Origin: Lama glama
Taxonomy: Eukaryota
Length of the DNA: 64,000 nucleotides
Reading direction: 5' to 3'
Assembly: GCA_028534125.1 (NCBI GenBank)
Contig: CM052817.1
Span: 105,960,001 to 106,024,000, forward strand
The notes beneath the pieces are model-generated. The model was given only the letters and a program-made list of their open reading frames with translations. It did no database searches and was not told where the DNA came from. Position 1 is the first letter of the stretch. Every line of letters starts with the position of its first letter. Position numbers and translations under genes: made by a program. Shown one piece after another: positions 63,260-64,000 of the stretch.

Positions 63260-63766
63260 AAGACAGTCCCTGACTCAAGCTGGTGCAACATTCAATTTTT
63301 TTGACTTTGTGATACTGTGAAAGACATATGCGTTCACTACAAACCATACGCTGAGTTTTGAATTTTGATCTTTTCCCGGGGTAGTGATATGGGTAGAAAA
63401 TTCTCTCATGATACCAGGCAGTGGCAGCAGCTGCAGCTCCCAGTCAGCCCCATGATCACAAGGATGGACAACCAGTACACTGAAAACCATCCTGGACCCA
63501 GATACCATTCTGTTTTTCACTTTCAATACAGTAGTCAATCAATGACATGAGCTATTCAACACTTTATTGTATAAAATAGGATTGTGTTAGATGATTTTCC
63601 CCAACTGTCGGCTAATGGAAGTGCTCTGAGCACGTCTGAGGTGGGCTGGGCTAAGCTAGGCTATTCAGTAGACTAGGTGTATTACACGAATTTGCAACTT
63701 AACAATATTTGCAGCTTACAGTGGGTTTATTGGGACATAGTGTCATCATAAGTTGAGGAAGATCTG
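63260..63766. mobile_element. MER47/Tigger5-family DNA transposon derivative
   Basis: Colinear with MER47 ('accattctgtttttcactttcaatacagta...ttcaacactttatt...tgtgttagatgatttt...aagttgaggaagatctg'). Flanked by TA on both sides, the Tc1/mariner TSD. Confidence 0.9.
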
Positions 63767-64000
63767 TATTTTATTTTACAATAAATGTCCTAAAAACTTT
63801 CTTGTAGAGCAGTAAGTGTATCTACATATACACACAGGCATGATTATATTCTGCAAAAGTTGAAGAAGCAAGTTAAAAGGGTCTGTGATAAGAATCTTTT
63901 AGATTATTTATGGTGGTGCCAAATTTTGTCATTCACTTTGGGATGAGAATTGCTTTTGATTTAAATTAAGTATGGAGTTGAAACTCCCTGGCTTTTGGCA

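Noticed and set aside
1..64000. CRISPR array, operon or novel prokaryote-style system
   Set aside because: The sequence is mammalian repeat-rich DNA, with no regularly spaced repeat-spacer structure and no gene-length intact ORFs.

Overview
AT-rich, CpG-depleted mammalian genomic DNA with three assembly gaps (11139-11638, 19642-19741, 30319-30818). Five tRNA-Ala-derived SINEs of the vic-1 type, plus matching young L1 3' ends, point to a camelid (alpaca/llama/camel); this is recognition from memory, not a database result. I find no credible protein-coding exon, RNA gene, CpG island or CRISPR array. The ORF track is explained by decayed L1/LTR sequence, microsatellites, N-runs and chance. The window is a gene-poor intergenic or deep-intronic mosaic of transposon fossils: L1 of several ages, L2, L3/CR1, MIR, more than a dozen ERV1/ERVL/MaLR LTRs, an ERVL pol relic, a ~2.5 kb Charlie-type hAT transposon and several hAT and Tigger MITEs. 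I see no evidence of a new biological system. The best observations are structural: a twin-primed (5'-inverted) L1 with TSDs, an LTR nested in a sister LTR, multi-layer nested insertions, a poly(A)-only insertion, and a short orphan polyadenylated insert. Family names come from remembered consensus sequences and need RepeatMasker/Dfam confirmation. Boundaries without a TSD are approximate.
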